A stretch of 64,000 bases of DNA from an uncultured Pseudomonadota bacterium (GCA_963794975.1 CAWCGL010000009.1:174023-238022); one strand, 5' to 3'; shown: positions 39,355 to 49,137, counted from the first letter of the stretch. Notes: generated by a model not told the origin, from the letters alone. Translations and numbers: made by a program.

Positions 39355-39631
39355 GGAAGTGCTGCCGCACCCGCTCCAGCAGCTGTTCCTTGAGGGCCGC
39401 GTCCGGCCCCACGGCGCTCGGGTCATGCGGAGGCAGGAACGCCAGCCCCACGCGCAGCGGCGGGGTGCTGTTCTCGGCCGGCGGCAGCGCGCCGGAGGGG
39501 TAGAGGAAATCCACCACGCTCGAGGAGCTGTAGTGCTCGCGCGGAGCCCCGCAGGAGGGGGCGCACAGCGCTTCGCAACCCGCCAGGCTCATCGCCACGA
39601 TGAGCGCTACGGCCAGGACCAGTGTTCGCAT
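39098..39631 (-). CDS. putative lipoprotein with an internal GlyGly-CTERM-like segment (3' end uncertain)
   Basis: Lipobox MRTLVLAVALIVAMSLAGC, then SSSSVVDFLYPSGALPP..LRVGLAFLP, which is reminiscent of rhombosortase-target lipoproteins. Next comes RGGAGAFSSGWLVALVPLLLWRLHRR, followed by an Arg/Ala-rich tail of about 60 aa. Confidence 0.5.
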   Translation of the reverse strand: MRTLVLAVALIVAMSLAGCEALCAPSCGAPREHYSSSSVVDFLYPSGALPPAENSTPPLRVGLAFLPPHDPSAVGPDAALKEQLLERVRQHFLNRGGAGAFSSGWLVALVPLLLWRLHRRAAAGRRHADQHGGADAGAPSARAEARRPAARSGMRRPRTARSVRAIRMRVPRLSVRN

Positions 39632-39777
39632 GGAAGTGCCTCCGGGGTGCGGGTTACGCGCTGCGGGGGCACTTTGAAGTCAGGTCTTTCCCCAAGCCAC
39701 TTTTATGGCCGTGGTCTTCTCAGTCGATCCATCTGGTATCACTGAATGATACTATTCTGGACAGGACAACGAGCGAG

Positions 39778-40545
39778 GTGGGACCCGTGGCCGAGCGCCT
39801 GGCGATCGTCCGGGAGCTGAAGCGAGCGCTAAAGGAGCGCGGGCTGACCTACAGGGACGTGGCCGCGGCCCTGAAGCTGAGCCTGCCAACGGTGAAGCGC
39901 CTGTTCGCGAGGGCCGACTTCTCGCTCGCCCGCCTGGATGCGGTGTGCGAGCTGACCGGGATCTCGCTGCGCGAGATCCTCGAGCGGGCCGAGGAGCACG
40001 CCATCCCCGCAAGCCAGCTCACCCTCACCCAGGAGCGCGAGATCGTCGCCGATCCGCGGCTACTGTTCGTCACCTGGCTGGTGCTCAACCGCATGCCCTT
40101 CGAGCAGATCGCGCGCGACTACCGGCTGACGGAGGCGGCGGTGCTCAGCTGCTTCATCAGGCTCGACCGGCTGAAGGTGATCGAGCTGCAGCCCTTCAAC
40201 CGCGCGCGCCTGCTGGTGAGCCGGCACTTCAGCTGGCGGCCCGGGGGGCCGGTGCAGCGCTACATCAACGAACGCCTGCTGCGCGAGTTCATGGCGACCC
40301 GGTTCCTGGGGCCGCACGAGGAATTCATCTTCCACGGCGCGCCGACCTCCAGGGCGGTCCTCGGGCAGATCAAGCGCCTGCTGCAGAGCACCGCGCGCGA
40401 GTGCATGGAGCTGATCGAACGCGACCGCTCGGCGCCCCAGGAGCGCAACGGGGCCGCGTTCGTGCTCGCGCTGCGACCGTGGGAATACTCAGGCTTCGAG
40501 CAGTTCCGCCGCGACAGCGACCTGCCGCCCTCAGTACAGAAGTGA
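39778..40545 (+). CDS. helix-turn-helix (XRE/Cro-like) transcriptional regulator
   Basis: VAERLAIVRELKRALKERGLTYRDVAAALKLSLPTVKRLFARADFSLARLDAVCELTGISLREI is an HTH followed by a domain of about 180 aa. GTG starts are possible at 39778 or 39787. The upstream part of the 307-aa ORF is probably non-coding. Confidence 0.65.
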   Translation: MGPVAERLAIVRELKRALKERGLTYRDVAAALKLSLPTVKRLFARADFSLARLDAVCELTGISLREILERAEEHAIPASQLTLTQEREIVADPRLLFVTWLVLNRMPFEQIARDYRLTEAAVLSCFIRLDRLKVIELQPFNRARLLVSRHFSWRPGGPVQRYINERLLREFMATRFLGPHEEFIFHGAPTSRAVLGQIKRLLQSTARECMELIERDRSAPQERNGAAFVLALRPWEYSGFEQFRRDSDLPPSVQK

Positions 40546-41737
40546 GTCCTGCCGCGCGCCCAGCCAGGCTGCCTCGTCCGCGGCGGCCGCGGCCTCGAGG
40601 TCGGCCGGGATCGCGGCCGGGTCATCCACCCACTCGCGCAGCAGCGCACCGCCGTTGATCACGTCAATCGCCAGGCGCCCCTCCTCGTACTCGTAGGGAA
40701 AGTCACGCCACAGCGGGTAGTCGGGGCGCAGGCGCCGCAGCGCCTTGAACGCCAGGGCGAACAGCCGCCAGGGGCGGAATGCCTCGTGGTCGTAGTGCGC
40801 CGGGTCTTCCACGTGCACCTGGAATCCGGCGCACAGCTTGCCGGCGTGCTTGTGGAAGGTGGGCTCGAACCAGCAGGCGCGCAGGCGGCAGCCCTTGAGC
40901 CACTGCGGAGCCAGCGCGTGCATCTGCGCCAGCAGCGCCGGGACGTCCAGGTCCGGCGCGCCGAGCAGTTCCAGCGGGCGCGTCGTGCCGCGGCCTTCCG
41001 AAAGCGTGGTGCCCTCGAGCATCACCGAGCCGGGATAGCAGCGCGCCATCCACAGGTTCGGCGCGTTCGGGCTCGGGTTCACCCAGGTGCGCTCCGCATG
41101 CGGCCAGCCATAGCCGGGGCCGAGCAGCGGCTGCCAGCCGCGCATGGATACGACCTGGCAGTCCACATCGAGCCGCAGCGTGCTGATGAACCACTGCGCC
41201 AGTTCCCCCATGGTCAGCCCGTGGCGCATCGGCAGGGGACCTGCGCCCACGAAGCTCTCCCAGCCGGCGCGCAGGGTCAGCCCCTCTACCGGGCGTCCGA
41301 CCGGGTTGGGCCGGTCGAGCACCCAGACACTCTTGCCGTGACGCGCGGCCTCCTCTAGCAGGTAACGCAGGCTCGTGATGAACGTGTAGATGCGGCAGCC
41401 CAGGTCCTGCAGGTCGACCAGCCACACGTCCGCGGCCTCGAGCATCGCCGGCGTCGGCCGGCGCACCTTGCCGTACAGGCTGAAAACCGGGATGCCGTGC
41501 ACCGGGTCGACGAATTCGGGCGACTCGATCATGTTGTCCTGCTTGTCGCCCCGCAGCCCGTGCTGCGGTCCGACCGCCGCCGTCAGCGTCATGTCCCCGA
41601 GCGCCGCCAGCGCATCCAGCGAATGAACGAGATCGCGCGTGACCGAGGCCGGGTGCGCGAGCAGCGCCACACGCCGCCCGGCCAGGGGTGTGCGCAGCGC
41701 CGGTTCAGCCAGCAGCCGGTCGAGGCCGAGTGTTCAT
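40531..41737 (-). pseudogene. DUF1343/NamZ-like exo-beta-N-acetylmuramidase, +1 frameshift directly after the start codon
   Basis: The body (..LGLDRLLAEPALRTPLAGRRVALLAHPASVTRDL...VFSLYGKVRRPT..DLQDLGCRIYTFI) is a full-length DUF1343. The only ATG (41737, in an ATGA overlap with the upstream stop) is out of frame by one base (ATGAACACTC; ATGACACTC would give MTLGLDRLL). The span is 1207 nt (3n+1). Confidence 0.8.
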
Positions 41738-42303
41738 GGGCTGGCAAGCTCCAGTACGAAACCATCGGCATGGTGGAAGTCCGGCTTGCCGGCGGCGTGG
41801 CGCAGTGACCAGTAAGACAGGTCGCCGGCGGCATCCTCCACCACGGCCGTGAGCGCCACGCGCAGCAGCGGCGCCTCGGCAAGCTCCGCCAGCGCACCGA
41901 TGTGCACGGTGGCCGAGAGCTCCAGGCGCTCGGCGTTGCGATACGCCTGCAGGTGCGGCGCGGGTACCATCGCGGCCGCTGTCGCGCTCTCGCGGTAGGC
42001 GCCGAAGCGGTAGGCGGCCCAGTCACCAGCCGGTGAGAAGTTGAACTCGTAGTACGGGTCCGCCCCGGGGGTGCCGACGAAGGCCTCGAAGCAGGTGTGC
42101 TGCCACAGCCCGTCGACCGGGGAGCCGCCGTGGCGCGCGGGGATGCGCACCTGCGCCATGTCGGCGTGCAGCGTGTAGTCACAGAAGAGCACCGCGGGCC
42201 TGATGAAGCGCACCTCGGCGCCGATGCCGTATACGCCCGCCCCGGGGGTGCGCGGGTGCGCCACCAGCATTGACCACTGCGCAGAGGGTGAAGCCATCGC
42301 CAC
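41734..42303 (-). CDS. DOMON/CBM9-like domain protein
   Basis: 189 aa. GLWQHTCFEAFVG..DPYYEFNFSPAGDWAAYRFGAYRE resembles DOMON-like carbohydrate-binding domains that often accompany DUF1343 genes. The family call is tentative. Confidence 0.6.
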   Translation of the reverse strand: MAMASPSAQWSMLVAHPRTPGAGVYGIGAEVRFIRPAVLFCDYTLHADMAQVRIPARHGGSPVDGLWQHTCFEAFVGTPGADPYYEFNFSPAGDWAAYRFGAYRESATAAAMVPAPHLQAYRNAERLELSATVHIGALAELAEAPLLRVALTAVVEDAAGDLSYWSLRHAAGKPDFHHADGFVLELASP

Positions 42304-42306
42304 CGT

Positions 42307-43008
42307 TCAGCCCTGCAGCAGGGCCAGCAGTGCCTGGTTGACCGCCACGGGCTCCTCGAGGCTCGAGAGGTGCCCGCATGCCGGCACGGTGACCAGCCTG
42401 GCGCCGGCGATGCCGCTGGCCATCTCCTGAGCGCGGTCGGGCGGGGTGAGCTGGTCGGCCTCCCCCACCAGCACCAGCGTCGGGCAGCGGATCGAGGCTA
42501 GCAGCGGCCGCGAATCGGGACGCGCGATGTTGGCCGCCTGCTGGTTGCAGTAGCCGGCCACGCCGACCTCGCGTCCCATCTGGCGGTTCAGTTCGCGCAG
42601 CGTGTCATCGGCGATGCGCGATGCGTGCACCAGGCGCGGATACAGCGCGTCGATGACTTCCTCGAAGCGCCCGCTGTTGGCGAGCTCCACCTGGCTGCGG
42701 CGCGCGGCGGAGGCCTCCGGCGTGTCCGCGCGTGCCGAGGTGTCCAGCAGCGCCAGCCGCACGATGCGCTGCGGCGCCTGGCGCAGCAGCTCGAAGGCGA
42801 TGTAGCCGCCCATCGACAGCCCGACGAGTGCGAAGCGCGGCGGCGCGCTGGCGAGGAGGCGTGCGGCGATGCCGGCCATGCTGTCATCGCGGGTGTGGTC
42901 GGCGACCATCACCGGGCCCGTGCTCCACAGGGCGGGGATCTGCTCCGCATACAGGCGCGCGGAGAGCAGCAGGCCGGGGATCATCACGACGGGCAAAGAC
43001 TCGGGCAC
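42307..43008 (-). CDS. alpha/beta-fold hydrolase
   Basis: 233 aa. It has a nucleophile elbow (LVGLSMGGYIA), a C-terminal His region (VPACGHLSSLEEP) and an N-terminal VVMIPGLL. Confidence 0.85.
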   Translation of the reverse strand: MPESLPVVMIPGLLLSARLYAEQIPALWSTGPVMVADHTRDDSMAGIAARLLASAPPRFALVGLSMGGYIAFELLRQAPQRIVRLALLDTSARADTPEASAARRSQVELANSGRFEEVIDALYPRLVHASRIADDTLRELNRQMGREVGVAGYCNQQAANIARPDSRPLLASIRCPTLVLVGEADQLTPPDRAQEMASGIAGARLVTVPACGHLSSLEEPVAVNQALLALLQG

Positions 43009-43022
43009 GGCGCGAGGTTAAC

Positions 43023-44162
43023 ATGCGCCGCATGAAAGTCCGTATCGCACTCGCCGCGGCCGCGCTGTTTCCGGTGCTCGCCGGTGCCACGGCGCCACTG
43101 GCAGGCGCCACACAAACCGCGCTGAGCGCAGAGGCCGCGGGCCGCTTTGCCGCACTGGCTCTGAAGTGCCTGCACCAGGAATATCCCAACCACATCTCGC
43201 ACACGCTCGCCGGGGATGCCGACGCGCGCCCGCCGCGCGAACTCACGCCCGCCTTCTACGGCTGCTTCGACTGGCATTCCGACGTGCACGGGCACTGGCT
43301 GCTGGTGCGGCTGCTGCGCGTGTTCCCCGCGGCACCCTTCGCCGCACAGGCGCGCGCGCAGCTGGCGCGCACTTTCACCGCGCAGAATATCGCCGGCGAG
43401 GTCGCCTACCTGCGCACTGCCGGACGCGCCTCCTTCGAGCGCCCCTATGGGCTTGCCTGGGTGCTGAAGCTGGCCGCGGAGCTGCGCAGCTGGGACGACG
43501 CGGATGGCCGCGCCTGGTCAGCGACGCTGCAGCCGCTGGAGGACGAGGCCGCGCTGCGCATCAAGGCCTGGGTGCCCAAGCTGCACTATCCCATCCGCAT
43601 CGGCGAGCACGACCAGACCGCCTTCTCGTTTGGCCTGATCTGGGACTGGGCGGGGGTGGCGCAGGATGAGTCGATGCGCACGGTGCTGCGCGATGCCGCG
43701 GCGCGCTTCTACCGGGCCGACCGCAACTGTCCCCTCAACTATGAGCCGTCCGGGCAGGACTTCCTCTCACCCTGCCTGGCGGAAGCGGACTTCATGCGCC
43801 GCGTCCTCTCCCCCGCGGACTTCGCCCGCTGGCTCGCCGCACTCCTGCCGGGCATCCCGGGCGGTGCGCCGGCGGGCGCCGCGGCGTGGCTCGTCCCCGG
43901 GGTGGTCACGGACCGCGCGGATCCGAAGCTTGCGCACATCGACGGCCTGAACCTAAGCCGCGCCTGGATGCTCGAGGGCATCGCCGGCGCGCTGCCGGCG
44001 AAGGACGCACGGCGCGCGGCACTGCTGCACGCCGCCGCCGCCCACCGGGAGGCCGCCCTACCGCAGGTCACAGGCGAGCACTACGAGGGTGGACACTGGC
44101 TCGGCACCTTCGCGGTATATCTCACCAGCGCCGCCGGCGAGAGTGCCCCGCCCGCGCACTGA
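43023..44162 (+). CDS. DUF2891 domain protein, secreted
   Basis: It has the signal peptide MRRMKVRIALAAAALFPVLAGA. HQEYPNHISHTL...FYGCFDWHSDVHGHWLLVRLL is the DUF2891 signature. Confidence 0.8.
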   Translation: MRRMKVRIALAAAALFPVLAGATAPLAGATQTALSAEAAGRFAALALKCLHQEYPNHISHTLAGDADARPPRELTPAFYGCFDWHSDVHGHWLLVRLLRVFPAAPFAAQARAQLARTFTAQNIAGEVAYLRTAGRASFERPYGLAWVLKLAAELRSWDDADGRAWSATLQPLEDEAALRIKAWVPKLHYPIRIGEHDQTAFSFGLIWDWAGVAQDESMRTVLRDAAARFYRADRNCPLNYEPSGQDFLSPCLAEADFMRRVLSPADFARWLAALLPGIPGGAPAGAAAWLVPGVVTDRADPKLAHIDGLNLSRAWMLEGIAGALPAKDARRAALLHAAAAHREAALPQVTGEHYEGGHWLGTFAVYLTSAAGESAPPAH

Positions 44163-44177
44163 CCAAGAGCGACCGCC

Positions 44178-45641
44178 TCACGGATGCCCGTCTGGGTGCA
44201 GTTGCACCTTGGCCGCCGGATCCAGCTGTCGCGCCGTCGCGGCGTCAGCGTTCGCGCGCGCGAAGTCCTTGCGGTCGGTGTAGGCGGATGACCGGAACAC
44301 GAAGGCGAGCGAATCCCTTGGGTTTAGCTGGATCGCAGTGCTGAGGTCGGCGATTGCCAGGTCGATCTGCCGCTGCGCGAGACGGGCGTAGCCGCGACCA
44401 CGGAACGCCTCACCGTTCGCCGGTTGCAACGCGATCGCATGATCGTAGTCGTCGATGGCACCGGCATTGTTGCCCTGCTTCTGGCGCAGGAACGCCCGCT
44501 GCAGGTAGGCGTCGGCAGCGTCCGGCCGCAGGCGGATGGCCTGGTCAAAATCCTTGATCGCGCGCTCGGGGTAACCGTTGGCCCGCAGCGCCTCGCCACG
44601 GTTGAGATACGCCGCGTACTGGTCGGGTGCCAGCGCGATGGCCTGGCTGAAGTCCGCCGTCGCGCGATTCCAGTCGGACCTGTGCAGCCAGGCAACCCCG
44701 CGATTCATGTACGCATCGGTCAGCTGCGGATCAATTGCTATGGCCTGGGTAAAGTCCGCAATGGCGCGCTCGGCTTCTGCCTCGGCCAGGTATTCATCGC
44801 CCCTGGCCTTGAGGGCATGGGCGTCAGTCGCATCCACGGCGAGCGCCCGGTCAAACTCGGCAAGCCCTTCCCGGCCGCGGCCGGTCGCCACAAGACTCAG
44901 ACCCAGGTCGAGGTGCGCATCAGCCATGCCAGGATTCAGGCGAATGGCCTCGCTGGCATCTGCCATGGCCCTGGCGTAGTCGCCGTTGAGCCGGTAGGCG
45001 AGGCCGCGGTCGCGCCAGGCGAGTCGGTTGCCGGGGTTGATCTGGATCGAGCGGCTGAAGTCGGTGAGCGCGCGCTCGCGGTCGCCGAGGTGCGTGTACA
45101 GGGTGCCGCGGCTGAGGTACGCGTCGGCGTCCTCGGGGCTGAGTGTCAATGCGCGGTCGAGGTCGGCAAGTGCATGCTGGCTGTCGCCGGACTTCATGTA
45201 CAGCGCCGCGCGGTCGAGGTAAGCGGAGGCGAGCTTCGGATCGAGCTTCAGGGCCGCGTCGAAATTCGCCGCGGCCGCCGCCAGATCGCCCTGCTGCGAA
45301 TGCATCACCCCTAAGTTTAAATAGATCTTTGCCTTCTCGCCGCGCTCGCCGGGGAGCTTCAGCACCGCGTTGTAGTCCTGGATGGCGCGATCCCGGTCGC
45401 CGACAGATTCATAGTAGAACGCGCGGTTCTGCAACGCGCTTGCCCGACTGGTCGCGGCCTCGCGCTTGTCATCGATGAGGTGCGTGCACGCGGCAATCGC
45501 CGTACTCGGCTCCGCGCTGTTGCACTTGCGCTTGTAGGCGCTATTGCCCCCCTCGTGACTTGCCCCCACTTGCGCAAGCACGGCCGGTATTGCAAGCCAC
45601 AAACCGGCGGCAAGGATCAGGGGTGTGGGTCTGGGCCGCAA
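44178..45641 (-). CDS. secreted tetratricopeptide-repeat protein (about 12 TPRs)
   Basis: 487 aa with a signal peptide. It contains repeated 34-aa units (..A..DFD.AI.L.P..A.AY..RG..). Confidence 0.85.
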   Translation of the reverse strand: MRPRPTPLILAAGLWLAIPAVLAQVGASHEGGNSAYKRKCNSAEPSTAIAACTHLIDDKREAATSRASALQNRAFYYESVGDRDRAIQDYNAVLKLPGERGEKAKIYLNLGVMHSQQGDLAAAAANFDAALKLDPKLASAYLDRAALYMKSGDSQHALADLDRALTLSPEDADAYLSRGTLYTHLGDRERALTDFSRSIQINPGNRLAWRDRGLAYRLNGDYARAMADASEAIRLNPGMADAHLDLGLSLVATGRGREGLAEFDRALAVDATDAHALKARGDEYLAEAEAERAIADFTQAIAIDPQLTDAYMNRGVAWLHRSDWNRATADFSQAIALAPDQYAAYLNRGEALRANGYPERAIKDFDQAIRLRPDAADAYLQRAFLRQKQGNNAGAIDDYDHAIALQPANGEAFRGRGYARLAQRQIDLAIADLSTAIQLNPRDSLAFVFRSSAYTDRKDFARANADAATARQLDPAAKVQLHPDGHP

Positions 45642-45700
45642 CGCGGTTCGCGGGCGCAGATCCGCATGCCACGGATCCGCGCGTGCATGGACTCGGACGA

Positions 45701-46867
45701 TCAGCCGAGCGCTTCCTTCAGTTCGGCGAGCAGGTCGGCGATGTCCTCCACGCCGACCGAGAGCCGGATGAGCCCGTCGCTGATGCCGAGCGAGGCGCGC
45801 ATCGAGGGCGGCAGGGATGCGTGGGTCATGATCGCCGGGTGCTCGATGAGGCTTTCCACGCCGCCCAGGCTCTCGGCCAGCGAGAACAGGTGGCAGCGCT
45901 CCAGCGTGCGGCGTGCCGCGTCGAGCCCGCCGCGCAGCACCGCGGTGACGATGCCGCCGTAGCCGTTCGCCATCTGCCGCCGGGCGAGCGCGTGCTGCGG
46001 GTGGCTGGCGAGCCCGGGGTACAGCACGCGTTCGACGGCCGGGTGCTGCTCGAGGAACTGCGCCACCGCGAGCCCGTTGGCGCAGTGCCGTTCCATGCGC
46101 AGCGCGAGGGTCTTGATGCCGCGCAGTGTGAGGAAGGAGTCGAATGGTCCGGGCACCGCGCCGAGCGCGTTCTGCAGGTAGGCCAGGCGCTCGGTGAGTT
46201 CCTTGTCCGCGCGCACGACGGCCGCGCCACCGATCGCATCCGAGTGCCCGTTCAGGTACTTGGTCGTCGAGTGCATGACGACGTCGAAGCCGTGCTCGAG
46301 CGGGCGCTGCAGGTAGGGGGTAGCGAAGGTATTGTCACAGACGCTCAGGATGCCGCGGCTGCGCGCCAGCTTTGCCACCGCGCTCAGGTCGACGAGCTTC
46401 AGCAGCGGGTTGGTCGGGGTCTCGACCCACAGCAGGCGCGTCTCGGGACGCAGCGTCTTCTCGAGTGCGGCCACGTCCGAGAGGTCCACGAAGGAGACGC
46501 TGTGCCCGGCGGAGCGCTTGCGCACGTTCTCCAGCAACCGGTAGCTGCCTCCGTACAGGTCGTTCATGGCGATGATGTGCGAGCCGGCATCCAGCAGTTC
46601 CATCAGCGTGGCGGTCGCGGCCATCCCCGAGGCGAAGGCGAACCCGGCCGCCCCGCCCTCGAGGTTCGCCAGTGCCGCCTGCAGCGCGTCGCGCGTCGGG
46701 TTGTGCGTGCGCGAGTATTCGTAGCCCTTGTGCACTCCCGGGCTCGACTGCACGTAGGTCGAGGTGGCGTAGATCGGCGGCATGATCGCGCCGGTGAGCG
46801 GGTCGGGGCGCTGGCCGCCGTGGATGACGCGCGTGCCGAAGCGCTGCCCGGAAGTCTCGTCACTCAT
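45701..46867 (-). CDS. cystathionine gamma-lyase/synthase family PLP enzyme
   Basis: 388 aa from MSDETSGQRFGTRVIHGG. The PLP-lysine context is HSTTKYLNGHSD, and ...ESLGGVESL is also present. The track's 444-aa ORF is a shadow extension. Confidence 0.9.
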   Translation of the reverse strand: MSDETSGQRFGTRVIHGGQRPDPLTGAIMPPIYATSTYVQSSPGVHKGYEYSRTHNPTRDALQAALANLEGGAAGFAFASGMAATATLMELLDAGSHIIAMNDLYGGSYRLLENVRKRSAGHSVSFVDLSDVAALEKTLRPETRLLWVETPTNPLLKLVDLSAVAKLARSRGILSVCDNTFATPYLQRPLEHGFDVVMHSTTKYLNGHSDAIGGAAVVRADKELTERLAYLQNALGAVPGPFDSFLTLRGIKTLALRMERHCANGLAVAQFLEQHPAVERVLYPGLASHPQHALARRQMANGYGGIVTAVLRGGLDAARRTLERCHLFSLAESLGGVESLIEHPAIMTHASLPPSMRASLGISDGLIRLSVGVEDIADLLAELKEALG

Positions 46868-46907
46868 GCGAAGGGCACCTCTGGTGCTGCTGGGGTGGGG
46901 AAACGCC

Positions 46908-48281
46908 TCATTGCCGGCGACGCAGCCAGTTGAGCAGGTCAATGCGCGTGATGAGTCCCTGGAACTCGTTGCCGTGCATGACGATGGCGACCATGCCGCG
47001 CTTGAAGATATCCATGAGCTGCGTGATCGGCGCATCCGCGGCGATGGTCACCAGGTGGCTCGTCATCGCGCGCGTGACCGGCTCGTTGAAGTGCGCGGGA
47101 TTGGCAACGACCTCCATGAGGATGTCCTCCTCGTCGACGATGCCGACGATGTGGCCATCCTCCAGCACCGGCACCTGCGAGACGTCGTAAAGCTTCATGC
47201 GCCGGTAGGCGGCCATCACCGCTTCGGTAGAATTGACCGTCACCGCGGCGCGCTCGGTGTGCCGGCGGGCGATCAGGTCGCGCAGGTCGCCGAAGTGCGC
47301 GCGCTCGATGAAGCCCTGGTCGAGCATCCAGAAGTCGTTGTAGACCTTGGAGAGGTACTTGTTGCCGCTGTCGCACACGAAGCTGACGACTCGCTTGGCG
47401 CTCTGCTGTGCGCGGCAGTAGCGCAGCGCCGCAGCGAGCAGCGTGCCGGTGGAGGTGCCGGCGATGATGCCCTCGCGGCTTAACAGCTCCCGGCAGGTGC
47501 GGAAGGCTTCTGCATCGGGAATGGTGTAGGCGCTGCTCACCCGCGAGAAGTCCCCGACCGGGGGTACCGAGTCCCCGCCGATCCCCTCCACCAGCCACGG
47601 CGTCATCGTCTGCGGCAGCTTGCCGGTGGTCGCATAGGTGGCAAGGCCCGAGCCGGCCGGGTCGGCCAGCACCAGCTGCACCGCAGGTGCGGTGCGCGCA
47701 AAGAAGTGCGTCAGTCCGGCGAGCGTGCCGCCGGTGCCGGCGCCGCACACGACCGCATCGAGGCGGTGCCCCATCTGTTCCCAGATCTCCGGCGCGGTGG
47801 TCTCCTCGTGTGCCTGGGCGTTGGCCGGGTTGCCGAACTGGTTGACGAAGTAGGCGCCGGGAATCTCCTGCGCCAGGCGCTCGGCGACATCGCGGTAGTA
47901 CTCCGGGTGCCCCTTGCTCACGTCCGAGCGCGTCATCATCACCTCCGCGCCCATCGCCTTGAGGTGGAAGATCTTCTCCTGGCTCATCTTGTCCGGGATC
48001 ACCAGCAGCAGGCGGTAGCCCTTCTGCGCGGCCACCAGGGCCAGGCCCAGGCCGGTATTGCCGGCGGTCGCCTCCACCAGCGTGCCGCCGGGCTTCAGTC
48101 TCCCGGAGCGCTCGGCGGCCTCGATCAGGTACAGCCCCACGCGATCCTTGATCGAGCCACCCGGGTTCTGGTTCTCGAGCTTGAGGAACAGTTCGCAGGG
48201 GCCGGTATCCAGGTGCCGCACCGCCATGAGCGGTGTGTTGCCGATCATCTCCAGGACATTGGCGTAGGTGGCGAGCGGCAT
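46908..48281 (-). CDS. cystathionine beta-synthase (PLP domain + tandem CBS domains)
   Basis: 457 aa from MPLATYANVLEMIGNTPL. It has LENQNPGGSIKDRVG (PLP Lys) and TAGNTGLGLA, plus a C-terminal CBS pair (..YDVSQVPVLEDGHIVGIVDEEDIL..). Confidence 0.9.
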   Translation of the reverse strand: MPLATYANVLEMIGNTPLMAVRHLDTGPCELFLKLENQNPGGSIKDRVGLYLIEAAERSGRLKPGGTLVEATAGNTGLGLALVAAQKGYRLLLVIPDKMSQEKIFHLKAMGAEVMMTRSDVSKGHPEYYRDVAERLAQEIPGAYFVNQFGNPANAQAHEETTAPEIWEQMGHRLDAVVCGAGTGGTLAGLTHFFARTAPAVQLVLADPAGSGLATYATTGKLPQTMTPWLVEGIGGDSVPPVGDFSRVSSAYTIPDAEAFRTCRELLSREGIIAGTSTGTLLAAALRYCRAQQSAKRVVSFVCDSGNKYLSKVYNDFWMLDQGFIERAHFGDLRDLIARRHTERAAVTVNSTEAVMAAYRRMKLYDVSQVPVLEDGHIVGIVDEEDILMEVVANPAHFNEPVTRAMTSHLVTIAADAPITQLMDIFKRGMVAIVMHGNEFQGLITRIDLLNWLRRRQ

Positions 48282-48360
48282 CGGGCGGCTTTTTTTGCGC
48301 AGAGTCGGGCCGCAATTGTACGCTGGCGTGCCCGCGGATGTTGGCGCGGCGGCCGTCGAC

Positions 48361-49137
48361 TCAGTCCGCCCGGGTGATGAGTCCGGAGGCGACCCAGCCG
48401 CGCAGCAGCGTCGCTGCCTGCAGTGGGGCCTGCGCCTCGCCGAGTTCCTCACACAGCAGCGTGCACAGTTCACCGAAGGGCCAGCCGCGCCGCGCCGCAT
48501 CCAGCACGGTGCACTCAGTCTTCGGCAGCGAGCGGAAGTAAGTCGTCAGCTCCTGCCGCCAGGCCAGCCACGGCTGCGCCTGCTGAGTGAAGCTCACCGC
48601 GGGCGGGTCACGCTCCTCGGTGACCGCCTGCCAGATCTGCGGCGCGTTCCAGTGCAGCGCCAGGCGCTGCACGCTCGGGTGAAAGCCAAAGCGCAGCTGC
48701 GCCCACTGCTGCGGTTCCACGCGTGCGAGTGCCTCGTGCGTCACCGGCTCGGCGTCGGCAGCATCGAAGACCTGGCCGAGGGTCCACTCCCAGCCGGCCA
48801 GCTCCGCGAGCACCGGCGCGCTGGCGTACGGCTCGGTGCCCTTGAGGAACTCGGCCAGGTGATCCCCGTAGTAGCGGATCGAGAAGTACGGCGAGTCGTA
48901 GGCGCGCACGTAGGCACTGGCCAGCTGCTGGAAGTCCGCCTCGCCCAGCAGCTGCGCCAGCGCCGGGAAGTTGCTGGCCATGGCCTCGGCGAGGCGGCTG
49001 CCATAGCCGCCGCCGTAGATCGCCAGCCGCGTCGCCACCGGCACCCGCGTGGTGCCGAGCACGTGAGCCTCGATCGCGCGCTCGCCCTGCAGCAGGTAGG
49101 CCTGAAAATCCCCCTGCACCTGCGCCAGCCGGGTCAC
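48361..49137 (-). CDS. DUF2063-family partner protein of the MNIO enzyme (BufC-like)
   Basis: 258 aa. FQAYLL.G......[24 protein letters not shown] is a typical DUF2063 N-terminus. An ATGA overlap links it to the DUF692 gene. Confidence 0.8.
   Translation of the reverse strand: MTRLAQVQGDFQAYLLQGERAIEAHVLGTTRVPVATRLAIYGGGYGSRLAEAMASNFPALAQLLGEADFQQLASAYVRAYDSPYFSIRYYGDHLAEFLKGTEPYASAPVLAELAGWEWTLGQVFDAADAEPVTHEALARVEPQQWAQLRFGFHPSVQRLALHWNAPQIWQAVTEERDPPAVSFTQQAQPWLAWRQELTTYFRSLPKTECTVLDAARRGWPFGELCTLLCEELGEAQAPLQAATLLRGWVASGLITRAD

Noticed and set aside
38653-39426. A 257-aa minus-strand ORF and 38934..39290, examined as alternative frames that might rescue the lipoprotein or 4-TM overlap through a frameshift.
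   Set aside because: Both translate to Arg/Ala/Cys/Ser-rich sequence without hydrophobic or family features. Neither provides a sensible continuation or an early stop.
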